Of a DNA stretch of 64,000 nucleotides, positions 26,053 to 38,839 are shown one piece after another. The translations under genes and the position numbers were made by a program. The stretch's first letter is position 1, and every line of letters begins with the position of its first letter. Below the pieces are notes generated by a model. It was not told the DNA's origin. It did not search any database and saw only the letters and a program-made list of their open reading frames with translations. The DNA comes from Octopus vulgaris (Eukaryota), in the NCBI GenBank assembly GCA_951406725.2, contig OX597822.1, positions 77,748,001-77,812,000 of the forward strand. The letters are read 5' to 3'.

Positions 26053-26460
26053 AGGCGCAGGAGTGGCTGTGTGGTAAGTAGCTTGCTTACCAACCACATG
26101 GTTCTGGGTTCATTCCCACTGCGTGGCACCTTGGGCAAGTGTCTTTTACGATAGCCTCGGGCTGACCAAAGCCTTGTGAGTGGATTTGGTAGACAGAAAC
26201 TGGAAGAAGCCTGTTGTATATATGTATATATATGTATGTGTGTATATGTTTGTGTGTCTATGTTTGTCCCCCCACCATTGCTTGACAACTGATGCTGGTG
26301 TGTTTACATCCCCGTAACTTAGCGGTTCAGCAAAAGAGACTGATAGAATAAGTACTAGGCTTACAAAGAATAAGTTCTGGGGTCGATTTACTCAACTAGA
26401 AGGCGGTGCTCCAGCATGGCCACAGTCAAATGACTGAAACAAGTAAAAGAGAGTAAAGAA
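26053..26460 (+). mobile_element. Abundant tRNA-derived SINE (family A), representative copy
   Basis: Head ggcgcaggagtggctgtgtggtaagtagcttgc...ggttcattcccactgcgtggcaccttgggcaagtg (A/B-box-like), then a (TA/TG)n linker and tail ...gcggtgctccagcatggcc...gactgaaacaagtaaaaga. More than 15 copies in both orientations, e.g. 10870-11235(-), 13480-13890(-), 21530-21920(-), 48480-48850(-), 63323-63725(+). Confidence 0.85.
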
Positions 26461-27299
26461 AAGAGAATATATATATATTGACGTACATATATATTTGTAT
26501 GCAAGTATGTATATTTGTTTGTGTGTATAGATATGTATGATGTGTGTATATATATATGTAAGTATATAAATGCGCATGTATATATACATACATGCACACA
26601 CACATATGTAATACATATATACGTACGCAAACATTCATCTCTCCTCCTTTTATCCTCACAGTCACCTTCTCTAGTCTCCACATACATATGTGAGAAAGAT
26701 GTGTGAGATGGTTACCATGACAACTGTTGACGTAGGTAAAGATTTCTCTCCTGGAGCCAAGGTTCACTTCTTCTTTTGAAGAAACGACACTTCATCGTGG
26801 TGGTGATGGTGGTGGTGGTGGTGGTAGCAGTAGTAGTGGAGACAGTTGTATTGGGGTGGTTGATGTAATAACAATGACAGTAGTGGTTGTGATTGAATGC
26901 TGAGGGTGGCAGTAAGAGGTGGACGATGAGGCAGTAGTGTTGATGCTGGTGGGGTAGTGGTGGTGGTAGTTGTCATATTAGTGATGATGTTGTCAGGGTG
27001 GCGTTATGTAGTATTTGTGATTGAACGGTGGTGGGCAGGAGTGGCATGAAAAGTTGGTTTCCCGCTCTTCTGTATGAAGTAATTGTTGTTGATTTTGTTT
27101 GGTCCCAGGTGAGTCCGGATACCAGCTGACAGATCTAGGCTTGTTGACATTCCAGTAATGATCGCACATTCTTTTTCTTAGGCATTGTGTATCTAGGATT
27201 ACATTGTCCAGCATGTCCCCTCTGTACAGGATGGCATGGTGGGATTTGAGGGGAATTTGGTCGACCAATTTCCTCTCGTCATTTTTCTAACAATTATTA

Positions 27300-28735
27300 A
27301 GCTGCCTGAATCATTAGCACGTCAGACAAAATTGCTTAGCAACATTTCTTTTGGATCTTTAAGTTGTGAGTTCAAATGCTACTAAGATCAGCTTTGCCTT
27401 TCATCCTTTCAGGGTCAATAAATTAAGTACCAGTTGATCACTGTTGTCAATGGGATCAATGTACTCCTTTTCATCAAAATTGCTCCCTTTGTGCAAAAAT
27501 TAGAAAGGATTATTATTATTATCAGGCCTTATGCCAATAGTAAAAGGATTATTATTATTATTATTATTATTATTAAGGTGGTGAGCTGGCAGAATTGTTA
27601 GCACGACAGGCAAAATGCTGAGCTGTATTTCGTCTGTCACTATGTTCTGAGTTCAAATTCCACCGAGGTCGACTTTGCTTTTCATCCTTTCAGCATTGAT
27701 TAAATAGGTACCGGTTGCGCACTGGGATCGATGTAATCAACTTAATCCTTTCCCCAAAATTTTAGGCCTTGTACTTCCCATAGAAAGGATTATTATTATT
27801 ATCATTATTATTATTATTATTCAGGTGGCGAGCTGGTAGAAATGTTAGCATGCCAAGTGAACTGCTTACATGTTCCGAGTTCAAATGCTGCTGGGGGTAG
27901 CTTTGCTTTTCATTCTTTTGGGGGTCGATAAAATAAATACCAGTTGAGAACTGGAGTCAATGTAATCGACTATCCCCTTCCCCCAAATTTCTAGTCTTGT
28001 GCCTATCATAGAAAATATCATCATTATTATTATTATTATTATCATCATTATTATTATTATTCTGGTGAAATGCTGAGCAGCATTTTGTTTGTTTTCATTT
28101 TCTGAGTTCAAATTCCACCAAATTCTGGCATTTCATCTATTCTTTCGTTGAGTTCAAATTCTATCAAGGCTGACTCTGCCTTTCATTCCTCCAGGGTTGA
28201 TAAATCAAGTACCAGTTGCATACTGGGGTCGATCTAATAAACTGGGCCCCTTCCCTAAAAAAAATTTCGGGCCTTGTGCCTAGAGTAGAAAAGATAATTT
28301 TTATTATTATCATTAGCAGCATTTTGTCCGTCTTCACGTTCTAAGTTCAAATTCTGCCGGGGCCAATTTGCCTTTCATCTTTTCAGGATCAATAAATTAA
28401 GTACCAGTGAAAAACTGGGGTCGATGTAATCGATTAGTCACCTCCCTCAAAGTTTCAGGCCTTGTGCCTGTCGTAGGAACGATTGTTGTTGTTGTTGCTG
28501 TTATCATTTGGCAGAATTGTTAGCTGCCAAAATGTTTGGTGGTATTTCATCTATCCTTTCATTCTGAGTTCAAATTCTGTCAAGGCTGACTCTGCCTTTT
28601 ATCCCTCCAGGGTTGATAAAATAAGTACCAGTTGCACACTGAGGTCGATGTAATTGACTAAGCCCCTTTCACAAAATTTCAGGCTTTGTGCCTTTAGTAA
28701 AAAGGATTATTATTATTATTATTATTATTATTTTG
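27300..28735 (+). repeat. Head-to-tail cluster of SINE family B copies separated by (ATT)n
   Basis: Repeated gagttcaaattc..ccgaggtcgactttgcctttcatcctttc..ggtcgataaattaagtaccagtt core. Further clusters at 32740-33480 and 34810-35250. Confidence 0.8.
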
Positions 28736-29619
28736 CATTTATATCAAATCTTTACTGTATTTCTAAAGCCATCCAAACAATGAGGAGTTTGGGCATCTAG
28801 GAATGTTCTTCAGGGGACTAGAAAAAGTTGTTTTTTTTTTAGGCTGAACATATTGTTAGCACAATTTTCTGACAGGATTTGTGTTGAGGATGCAAGCTTT
28901 CCCTTTGCAGATTCTGTCATAAATTTTTCTGTGAATTGTGCTGGGTTGCTAGGCATGGCTGAATGGTTAAGAAGCTTACCTTACAACCATGTGGTTTCAG
29001 GTTCAGTCCCACCTTGGTAGCACCTTGGGTAAATGTCTTCTACTATAGCCCTGGGCCGATTAATATTTTGTAAGTGAATTTGGTAAATGGAGCTAGTGTG
29101 GAAGCCTTTTGAACATTTGATTGTGTGTTTATGTGTGCGTGTGTCTTTGTGTTTGTTTCACTTCTGCCTGGCAACTGGTATTGGTTTATGTTCCTGTAAC
29201 TTAGCCATTCATCAAAGGAGATTGATAGAATCAGTGCAGGGATTGATTTGTTCAACTAAACCTTTCAAGGTGGTGCTGTAGCATGGTCATAGTTCAAAGA
29301 CAAACTCGCGAAAGAAGAAAAGAACAAATATTTGAAAGATTAATTTTAAGCCGTCTTTTAAACACAAAAAAAGAAGAAAAGCTAAGTATTTCTAGCATTC
29401 TGTTATGAGAGAAGACCATATTGGATAATATCACCCCAGGCTCATTGTGCCAGGGAGTAAGGTGAGATGGTCAGTGCTGGAATGCTTTTGATCATAACAA
29501 ATCTGTTCAGTCAGTGCTGATTTGGGGCTATAAACAACAATCATCATCAACACTTTCAAAGCCATCACCATCATCTTCATCCCATCCACAACAGACCGTC
29601 TCTACTTCTAGAACCACTC

Positions 29620-29845
29620 TTAACTCTTTAGCATTTAAACTGGTGCTATCCTGTACAAATATTCTACTGGTTTTATTTTCGAAACAGCCAGATCCAGCCT
29701 CTCACACCTACCCTACAATGTCATTTTAAAAATAATCTCATCATTGAAATCTTAAAAGGTACAAGACAATGCATGATTAATTAGAAAACAATGTGAATAA
29801 ATAAGCATTGCATTTGGCAGAATACTCTGAATGCCAGAGGGTTAA
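29620..29845. mobile_element. TTAA-flanked piggyBac-like MITE
   Basis: TTAA-ctctttagcatt...gaatgccagaggg-TTAA. A related end at 20528 (ttaaccctttaaaatttagatt). Confidence 0.55.
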
Positions 29846-29858
29846 CCATTGTCTACTC

Positions 29859-30076
29859 CAGTGGTTCCCAAAGTGGGCAGTATTAACCCCCTGGAGGCAG
29901 TGGAAAGTTCCAAGGAGGTGTTGAAGTGGGGCAATAAGGGGTAGTGATTCATGTAAAAACAACAAAATAATGGGTTCATTAGATCTATGTTTGTGATGGT
30001 TAGTTTGGGTGGGGGCACTAGGAATGTGGTCTGGGTGTCAAGGGAGCGGCAGCCTGAAAATGTTTGGGAACCACTG
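29859..30076. mobile_element. hAT (Charlie-like) MITE
   Basis: TIR cagtggttcccaaa / tttgggaaccactg, with an imperfect 8-bp TSD (gtctactc / gcttactc). Confidence 0.8.
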
Positions 30077-30079
30077 GCT

Positions 30080-30136
<57 letters not shown>

Positions 30137-30179
30137 TCTGCTTTCAGCTCACTGCTTTGATATTTCTTGACCATTGTAG

Positions 30180-30364
30180 GGAAGAAGCTGTGCTGCTGTG
30201 AGACTGCACTGAGGGACTTTCGGACAATACTGGATACTCTGGGTGGAAAATCAGAACGACAACGAGCTGAAGAACTGATATCTAAGGTCAAGATTGTCCC
30301 TGACAGACCTTCTCAAAGGGCTTATTCTCTACCATTGACCAGCAAATTGAAAGAAAGGTCAAAG
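30180..30364 (+). CDS. C7orf25: C7orf25 orthologue internal exon (phase 1-0)
   Basis: Acceptor ccattgtAG at 30178-79 and donor GTttgt at 30365. GKKLCCCETALRDFRTILDTLGGKSERQRAEELISKVKIVPDRPSQRA resembles human [29 protein letters not shown]...VVPDQPSERA. Frame joins the previous exon correctly. Confidence 0.92.
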
Positions 30365-30571
30365 GTTTGTTATCTCTTACTCTTTTTGTTTTGTTTTTTT
30401 TTCAGAAAAAAAATCTAAGGAAATAAAACACAAAAGCAGACAGTATCATCATTTAACACAATGGTTCTCAACCATTTGTTTTACCTTTTTTTGCTATTTT
30501 ACTTGAGTGGACCCTCAGAGCCATTTGGTATATTTTAAAATCTTATATTTTTATAATTAATTATTAGGAAC

Positions 30572-30710
30572 TTTATTTACATTTGACGGATATTTGTCCT
30601 CATCCTGTTTGTTGTTAACACAATGTCTCGACTGATATACCCTCCAGCCTTCATAAGGTGTATTTGGGGAAATTTCGAACCTGGGTTCTCATTCCTAAGG
30701 TATTTTTTGA

Positions 30711-30751
<41 letters not shown>

Positions 30752-31071
30752 TCACTGCCTTGAATCAAACTCGAAATAACCACTATGCCATATGCCCATG
30801 CATATGGTGTAGTGGTTAAGAGCACTGACTACTAACTCCAAGATTCCGAGTTTGATTTCAGGCAGTGACCTGAATAATAATAATAACATCAAAAAACACC
30901 TTAGGAGTGAGAACCCAGGTTCAAAATTGCCCCAAGACACCTGATGAAGACTGGAAAGCATATCAGCCAAAACATTGTGTTAACAACAAACAAGATGAAG
31001 GCAAGTATCTGTCAACTGTAAATAAAGTAAATAATGTACATAATTCCCCATCTCTTAAATATAGAACTGTA
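30572..31071. mobile_element. Second palindromic tRNA-head/hammerhead element
   Basis: Centre aaccactatgccatatgc-ccat-gcatatggtgtagtggtt. Hammerhead-like cores at 30617-30662(-) and 30936-30981(+). Ends in ...tctcttaaatatagaactgta, as at 19160. Confidence 0.75.
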
Positions 31072-32434
31072 TTATTAGGAACTGTTTTTAAAAAAACTTG
31101 TTAGAATACTTTTTATAGGTGCAGACATGACTGTGGTAATAAGCTTGCTTCCCAACCACATGGTTGGTACCTTGGGCAAGTATTTTCTACAATAGCCTCA
31201 GGCCAACCAAAGCCTTGTTAGTGGATTTGGTTGGCGGAAACTGAAAGAAACCCATCGAATATGTGTGTGTGTGTCCATCATTGCTTGAGAACCAAATGTT
31301 GATGTGTTTACGCTCCTATAACTTAGAAGTTCAGCAAAAGAGATTGGTAGAATAAGTACTAGGCTTACAAAGAAAATGTCCTGGGGTCAATTCATTCAAC
31401 TAAAGCTGGTACTCCAGCATGGCTGCAGTCAAATGACTGAAACAAGTAAAAGAATAAAAGAATTGTAAAATTACAACCTGTTTATTGCTGATATATTTTA
31501 ACAACAAAATCTTATGTGGAGCCCCAAGGGTCTCCTTTTCCATCCTGGCATATACTGGATGGGTTGACAAGAGTTGATGAGCCAGGAGAATGTATCAAGC
31601 TCTTCTGTCTGCTTTAGCCTGGTTTCTATGGCCAGATGTCCTCCCTAATGCCAACCGCTTTACAGCGGGTGCTTTTTACATGGTACTGGCACCAGTAAAA
31701 TCACCAGATAACTCGCAAGGCTATGAGAACAGACCCCACCTCAACAGAGGAAAGAGTGATGGCTTTGTGTTGGGTGATGAGAGGCTAAAGTATGATAGAG
31801 AGGTCAAAGAAGGTATCTTGCTGTTGAGGGGACACATCGGTACCCCAGCTGGGAAAAGAGAGAGGAGAATAGAACTAGAGAGAGAGAAGCAAAGCAAACA
31901 AAAATATTTTTTCCTTTTATAAAATTCTTGTTCATTTTTAAGAAGCAGAGAATGGTTGATTGAATAAACCTTTGTCTTAGGTTACTGATATTTTATTGGT
32001 TCCAAACAATGAAAAGCAAATGTGGTAAGCTCCAGTGGGATTTGAGCTTGGAATGGCTTGGTCAGGAAAGCTGTATGGAATTTTTGTTTGTTTATTGCTC
32101 TCTCCCTCTCTCTCTCTTCTGGTTCTGTTGTCTTAATCAACATCACCATCATTGTCTTCATCATCAGCACTACCACCACCACGGCTACAACACATCCATC
32201 ACAATCACAAACACCTCGTTAACAACCACTACCATATATGTGTGTATGTATATATATATATGAGTCTGTGTGTATATGTATGTATATCTATATATATGTA
32301 TGCATGTTGATATATATATATATATATATGTATGTATGTGTGTGTGTGTGTATTGTATGTATGTATCAATTTCTCTATCCCTTCATTCAGCCAAGCATTC
32401 CACTCATATGTCAATCTTTATCTACTCTCAACAG

Positions 32435-32515
32435 ATTATATTCGGCACCGGAGACTCCTTGAAGGCCGTTACAATGACAGCAAACTCTGGTTATGTCCGA
32501 GCAGCTGAAAATCAA
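32435..32515 (+). CDS. C7orf25: C7orf25 orthologue internal exon (81 bp, phase 0-0)
   Basis: Acceptor tctcaacAG and donor GTaaa. [27 protein letters not shown] vs human [26 protein letters not shown]. Confidence 0.93.
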
Positions 32516-33670
32516 GTAAAAATTTATTTTCTTTGTTCATCTGGCTGTCTTCTACTTCTTCTCCTCCTCTCTATTCTTCCCTTCTCCTTTTCCTTTTTTT
32601 TTTTCTTTCAGAATGGATTTAGATTCTTTGTATTTTTGTTTTTCCTTCTCATTCAGAGTGGAAAGAGGAAGAATGCATGAAATTCATGTCTTTCCCAAAG
32701 ACATTAGTATCATATTCTTATTATTCCTCATGAGGCAGCAACTTGGCAGTGTCATTAAAATTCCAGACAAAATGCTCAGCAATATTTCGTCCATCTTTAC
32801 ATTCTGAGTTCAAATTCTACTGAGGTCAACTTTGCCATTCATCCTTTTGTGGTCAATGAAATAAGTACCAGTTAAACACTGGGGTTGATGTAATCAGCTT
32901 CCCCCACTCCCCTAAATTTGAGGGCCTTGTGCCTATGATACACTGGTTCATTATCATTATTAATGTATACTCTTAAGGCGGTGAGCTGGCAGAATTGTTA
33001 GCACACTGGGTGAAATGTGGTATTTCGTCTGCCGCTAGGTTCTGAGTTCAAATTCTGCTGGGGTTGATTTGCCTTTCATCTTTGCAGAGTTGATAAAATA
33101 GGTACCAGATGTGTTCTTGGGTCGATGTAATCAACTTGCCACTCCCTGGAAATTGCTGGCCTTGTGCCAAAATTTGAAACCATTGTATACTCTAAGATTA
33201 CGAGCTGGCAGAATTGTTAGCACACTGGGCGAAATGCTTTGTGGCATTTCATTCATCTCTATGTTCCCAGTTCTAATTCTGCTGAGGTCAACTGTGCCTT
33301 TCATCCTTTTACAGTCAGTTAAACAAAGTACCAGTTGAGCCTTGGGGTCAATGTAATCGACTTACCCACCACCTTACCCAAAATTTCAGGCCTTGTGCCT
33401 ACAATGGATTATTATTTTTTCTCATCCTTACAAGGTCAATAAAATAAAGTACCAGTCATGCACTGGGGTTGATATAAAGGTCGATATAAAGGCGCAGGAG
33501 GGGCTGTGTGATAAGTAGCTTCCTTACCAACCACATGGTTCCAGGTTCAGTCCTACTGAACTTGGGCAAATGTCTTCTATATAGCTTTGGGCCGACCAAA
33601 GCCTTGTGAGTGGATTTGGTAGACAGAAACTGAAAGAAGCCCGTCATATATATGTGTATATATATATATA

Positions 33671-34747
33671 CATAGGGCATTGTCCTGCATGAATATGGGT
33701 GGTCGCTTAGTTGAATTTCTCAGCACAGGCAAGACATGATCTTTTACAAGTTGTTTATAAACTCCTGCATTTACCTTTCCATGTAATCGCACCAAAGGGC
33801 CCACACCATCTCCAGATGTCATCCCCCAAACCATGACACTTCCTCCACCGAATTTAACATTAGTCTTAAGGCATTTAGGCAACAATTTTTCACCTATTTT
33901 TCTACGAACGTACCTTTTCCCATCTGAGCCAAATAGCATAAACTTAGATTCATCACTGAAATGCACCGTTTGCCATTTTTCTTCAGACCACAACACATGT
34001 TCGGTTGCAAAGGTAAGATGACACTTTTTATTCTTGGAGCTGATCAGTAGCTTCACTGTAGGTGCTCTTGCTTGTAGGTCATGTTCAACTAAACAATGAG
34101 ACACAGTTTTTCGAGATAAAGTTTTCTTCAATACAATGCTCATTTTCCGAGAAACAGCAGCAGTTTTAAATCTGTCCTTTTTAACCAACTTTACCATAGG
34201 CACAATCTTCTCTCTTGGTCGTTTTTCTTGGCCTACCTGTAAACTTTCTTGCTTCACACGAACCACAATCATTGTAGACCTTAAGAATACTGTGTACAAC
34301 ACTTTTTGACTTGTTAACAATTTTTGCAATAGATCCAATACTTAAATTATCCTTCCTTCGAAGCTTAATAATCTGCTGACGAATTGGTAATGGAGTAAGT
34401 GGCATTATATTAACAAAGTACACTGCAAATATTCTTACTAATGTTTAGTAAACGAAGCGTCACGTAAACAAATTCAAAACATTAGAGTTTGCCGGTTAAA
34501 TATACTAAAACACGGAGTAAAAGCAACCGTTCTGATCATTTTGGCCACCATGTGTTTTGCAGTAAATCACTAAATCATCCATAACTTTTGTATTATCCTC
34601 TCAAATTACACTAAAATCTCAGGCTATAACAAATAATATCGTATTTATTTTCTGTGAAAATTATAGAATATAAAACAACTTTGATAAAAAATTATATCTA
34701 CTTTTCTGACTAAAACAATGCCGTTCTGAACATTTTGGCCGCCACTG
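33671..34747 (-). mobile_element. Tc1-family (IR/DR type) transposon, 3'-truncated
   Basis: End TA|cagtggcggccaaaatgttcagaacgg, with inner direct repeat ggtggccaaaatgatcagaacgg at ~34526-34549. Transposase from ATG 34405: paired-like HTH, GRPRKTT, WQTVHFSDESKF, KFGGGSVMVWG, IFMQDNA. One frameshift; truncated at a SINE (TA)n tract. Confidence 0.93.
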
Positions 34748-35879
34748 TATTTGTAAGTCCTGGTGTTTCGATTATGTAGCTGTTTGTATATTCTATCATT
34801 GTTCCCAAAATGAAGGTGGCAAGCTGACAGAATTATTAGCATGCTGGGCGAAATGCCTAGCAGTATTTCATCTGCTGTTACATTCTGAGTTAAAATTCTG
34901 CCGATGTCGACTTTACTTTTCATCCATTCGGGGTCGATAAATTAAGTACCAGTTACGTACTGGGGTCGATGTAACCGACTTAATCTCTTTGTCTGTCCTT
35001 GTTTGTCCCCTCTATGTTTAGCCCCTTGTGGGCAATAAAGAAATAAGAATTGCTAGCATGCCGGGCGAAATGCTTAGTGGTATTTCGCCTGCTGCTACGT
35101 TCTGAGTTCAAATTCCACTGAGGTCGACTTTACCTTTCATCCTCTTGTTGATAAAATAGGTACCAGTTACACACTGGGGTTTGTCGATGTAATCAATTTA
35201 CCCCCACTGCTAAATTGCTGCCCTTGTGGAAAAATTTGAAACCCTTATTAATTCCTTTGGTATTATGTTGTGCTTCAGAAGAAGACCCATGAGGCCGAGC
35301 AAAATCATAGTCGTAGCAGATACCAGTGATACGCAAATGGCACCCATGCTGGTGGCACATAAAAGCACCCATTACACTCTCGGAGTGGTTGGCATTAGGA
35401 AGGGCATCCAGCCGTAGAAAACCATTCCAAATCGGACTGGAGCCTAGTGCAGCCTTCCAACGTGCCAGCCTAGTCAAACTGTCCAACCCATGCCAGCATG
35501 GACAACAGATATTAAATGATGATGATGATGATGAAGGTGCCTATTATTTTATAGGCTGTTTCTGTTTGCAGCTTCCATGCTTTAATTACCTCCATTGCTA
35601 GTTCTTTCACCATCACCACCACCACTATCATCATCATCATTTAATGTGTTTTCCATGCTGGCATGGGTTAGACACTTTGACAGGAGCTGTACCAGAAGAC
35701 CCTTGCCCAAGTTGCCATGCAGCAGGACTGAACCACGCATCCATGGATTTAACCACACATCCATGCCTGCACCTGTCAATATGTTTTTGAAATATTACCT
35801 TCTGTGTTCAATTCCTGGGCAGGATATTTTGAATCTTTACTGTTTTTGCTGTTGTAATGTCTTCTTTGTTTAATTCCAG

Positions 35880-35960
35880 GGTGTGACGTTTGCTGTTTTC
35901 ATTCATGCATCAAGAGCTCTGACAGAAGAAAAAGAGAAATTTGCGAAACCTATCCCAAAG
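35880..35960 (+). CDS. C7orf25: C7orf25 orthologue exon (81 bp if the GTTAGT donor is used; otherwise reads on to TAA at 36065)
   Basis: Acceptor taattccAG at 35878-79. GVTFAVFIHASRALTEEKEKFAKPIPK vs human [27 protein letters not shown]. Strong donor AAG|GTTAGT at 35961. Confidence 0.9.
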
Positions 35961-36577
35961 GTTAGTAATATCACTTCTAATTTAATTAATATTGTATTTG
36001 ATGGCTTAAAAGTCTCAAAAAAAAAATCACCCCAGGTACAATATGCGAATTTGGGTCATGCATAAGTAAATTTTGTACCTGACTAAAGGCTAATTTTAGT
36101 CTAGACAGTTTCTTCTACTTTACCTGACTCCATAACAATAACAATATTGTGTGGTACAAGTTTGCTTCCCAACCACTGGGTTCAGTCCCACAGCATGGCA
36201 CCTTGGACAAGTACCTTCTGCTATAGCCTCGGACTGACCAAAGCCTTGTGAATGGATTTAGTAGAGGGAAACTGAAAGAAGCCCATTATATGTGTATGTG
36301 TGTGAGTGTGTGTCTGTCTCCCACCCCTGCTTGACAACTTGTGTTGGTGTGTTTACATCCCATAACTTAGCAGTTCAGCAAAAGTGATTGATATAATAAC
36401 CACCAGGTTTAAAAGATATGTACTGAGGCTGATTCATTTGACTAAGAAAATATTTAGAAAATTACTATTTTTAAAAATAGTAATTTTCTAATTTATAAAT
36501 CAGTGACTAATTGTCACTTTGAAAACTATATATATCGAACGGGAATTTGGCAGCGCCACCTCTAACCGAACAATTAT

Positions 36578-36622
36578 TCTGTGCTGATGAAGGGAAATAG
36601 CCCAAAAATCGTGATACACAGA
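36578..36622 (+). ncRNA. Degenerate minimal hammerhead ribozyme motif (second family)
   Basis: TCTGTG-CTGATGA-A-GGG(aaatag)CCC-aAAAA-TCGTGA-TA-CACAGA. Perfect 6-bp stem I, 3-bp stem II, near-palindromic stem III. The core G of GAAA reads A. Confidence 0.5.
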
Positions 36623-38176
36623 TATTGTTTTGAGCTAAGTGGGCAGGTGCTAGATTCCCTTGTTTGAAAATATAAGGACACAGATCATGTTGTATAGCCA
36701 GCTGCAGATGATGTCTCCTGGGGCTAAATTACAGCAACATTCGTCCTAAACCAGGACTGCTGTGTTATGTTGGCAAACAATCTTTACTATAAAAAAAATA
36801 CTTCAGGCTGCTGCCCCAGCATGGCCGCAGTCTAATGACTGAAATGGATAAAAAGATAGAGAGTGATGTTTTCTGTTCCATCTAACGTCCTCTTGTAATG
36901 TTCTGCTTGATTGCATTAAATTTGACATGCTTGAATGCATTAAAACTTCTTTCTTCAAAATGCATTGCTAAAAATGGAATGCACCTAATATGTCTGCGTG
37001 TCTTTTACGCCATCAAATGCAGTAATTATTTCATTAATTAAATTTAGTTTAATTAGGGAGGCCAAAAGATCGCATCAGTGAGTGACAGATAAAATTACTT
37101 TGGAGTATTTAGATAGTTTTGTTTGTGTTAAGAGTTCAAATCTCACAAACGTTGACTTTGCATTTCATCTTTCTTGGGGCTGATAAAATAAGTTCCACTC
37201 AAATAGCGGAATGGCTGTGGTAAGGAGAGAGGTTCACTTAATTTGGCTGCCCCACCCCTGCCCTCCTCCCTTAAAATTCATCTCGTTTATAGTTTTTATT
37301 CTTTAATTTAATAAAATTAATTAATTAATTTTTAATCCAGTGGAATTATGTCAGCATCTAGTTTGTAGATGTATGGCAAAATGCTTTGACACTATCACTT
37401 TATGGTATGTAATGCTACAATGGATGTGAATATAATGGTGTGTGTGTGTGTGTGGTGGAGTGTCTGTATCTTTTGAATGGTTGTCATAGTTCTTCTAAGC
37501 AGTAATATCTCTCTCTCTGTATTTGTGGGAAAACACACACAAACACATGCACACACATATATGAGGTGCAGGCATGGCTGTGTGGTTAAGAAGCTTGCTT
37601 CCTAACTCTATGGTCTTGGGTTCAGTCCTACTATGCAACACCCTAGGCAAGTATCTGCATCATCACCACCACCATCATCATCACTACCACAATCATTATC
37701 AACCACCACAATCATCATTATAAACAACTTTGTCACCAGAATGATCATCATCCTCTTCATCATTCTAGAACTGCTTTCCATGTTAGCATTTATTGCATGT
37801 GTCCTTGAAGCCCTCCCAGAAGGGATCAGAAGATCATATTTTGGTTGACTGTTTCATTTCGGTTTGGGCTTTATTTAATACACCACACCATTAAGTTGTT
37901 ATTGATTTAAGCAGAAACAACATAAAGTTGAAAGGGCTCTTTAGTTTTGTCTTCTTAGGGCATGACATCCCATCTAGTGCCAGCAGAAGACATGGCCATC
38001 CATCCTAGATCCATCATCAGAAATATAGAATTGTATTATATTCCTTATCTAATGGTTTAGAGACTAACTTTCTCTAACCTTAAATAATAGGGTCTTCATA
38101 TCCTTGTGAGTCATTCTCTGCAAGTATGACAATTTGGTTCCTAAAATGCTAAGAACACTATAATACTATATATATA

Positions 38177-38468
38177 CAGTAGTACCTCGGCTTTCGAACA
38201 ACTCTGATTGTGAATAAATCGTGCTTTATAGATAGATAGATACCTGCATATACACATTCATACATACACGCACAGATAGATAGATAGTCTCTAAACCATT
38301 AGATAAGGAATATAATACAATTCTATATTTCTGAGGATGGATCTAGGATAGAGAGATAGATAGAGAGGGATATATATATTGAGAGAGAGAGAAATAGATA
38401 GATAGATGGATTGATTTCAAGCATGATTTATTTGTGATCAGAGGTGTTTGTAAACCAAAGTACTACTG
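38177..38468. mobile_element. Tc1/pogo(Tigger)-like MITE with TA TSD, containing an inverted copy of its flank
   Basis: TA|cagtagtacctcggctttcgaacaactctgat...atcagaggtgtttgtaaaccaaagtactactg|TA. Confidence 0.75.
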
Positions 38469-38804
38469 TATTAAATGAATATGAGAAAAATAGGAGATAA
38501 AGTACAATTTATTCATGATCAGATTTGCTCGAAAACCACGGTTCGTTCGTATGTATGTATGTATGTATGTATGAATGAATGAAGAAATGGAGTCAAACAC
38601 AGGTGTTATTCAAATCATGTATGTTTAGAAGAAAGCATTGAGATTATTCCAGAGGGAACAAAAATTATGTAAGACAATGCAATCATCAGAGAAAAAAAGG
38701 GAACAAAACTCATCAATAAGCCATTTTAACCGAATGTGATTACTGCAAATGTAAGAATATGATATAAGGAGAATGCTAGCAAGTTATTAAAAAAAATGCT
38801 AATA

Positions 38805-38839
<35 letters not shown>

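Noticed and set aside
26695-26800. Inverted remnant of the C7orf25 N-terminus (EVSFLQK...HLTHL vs human ELKFLQK...NLTHL)
   Set aside because: The two matches are in different frames with wrong spacing and are too short to exceed chance.
33577-34423. Active Tc1 transposase
   Set aside because: Frameshifted, lacks the catalytic E region and the second TIR.
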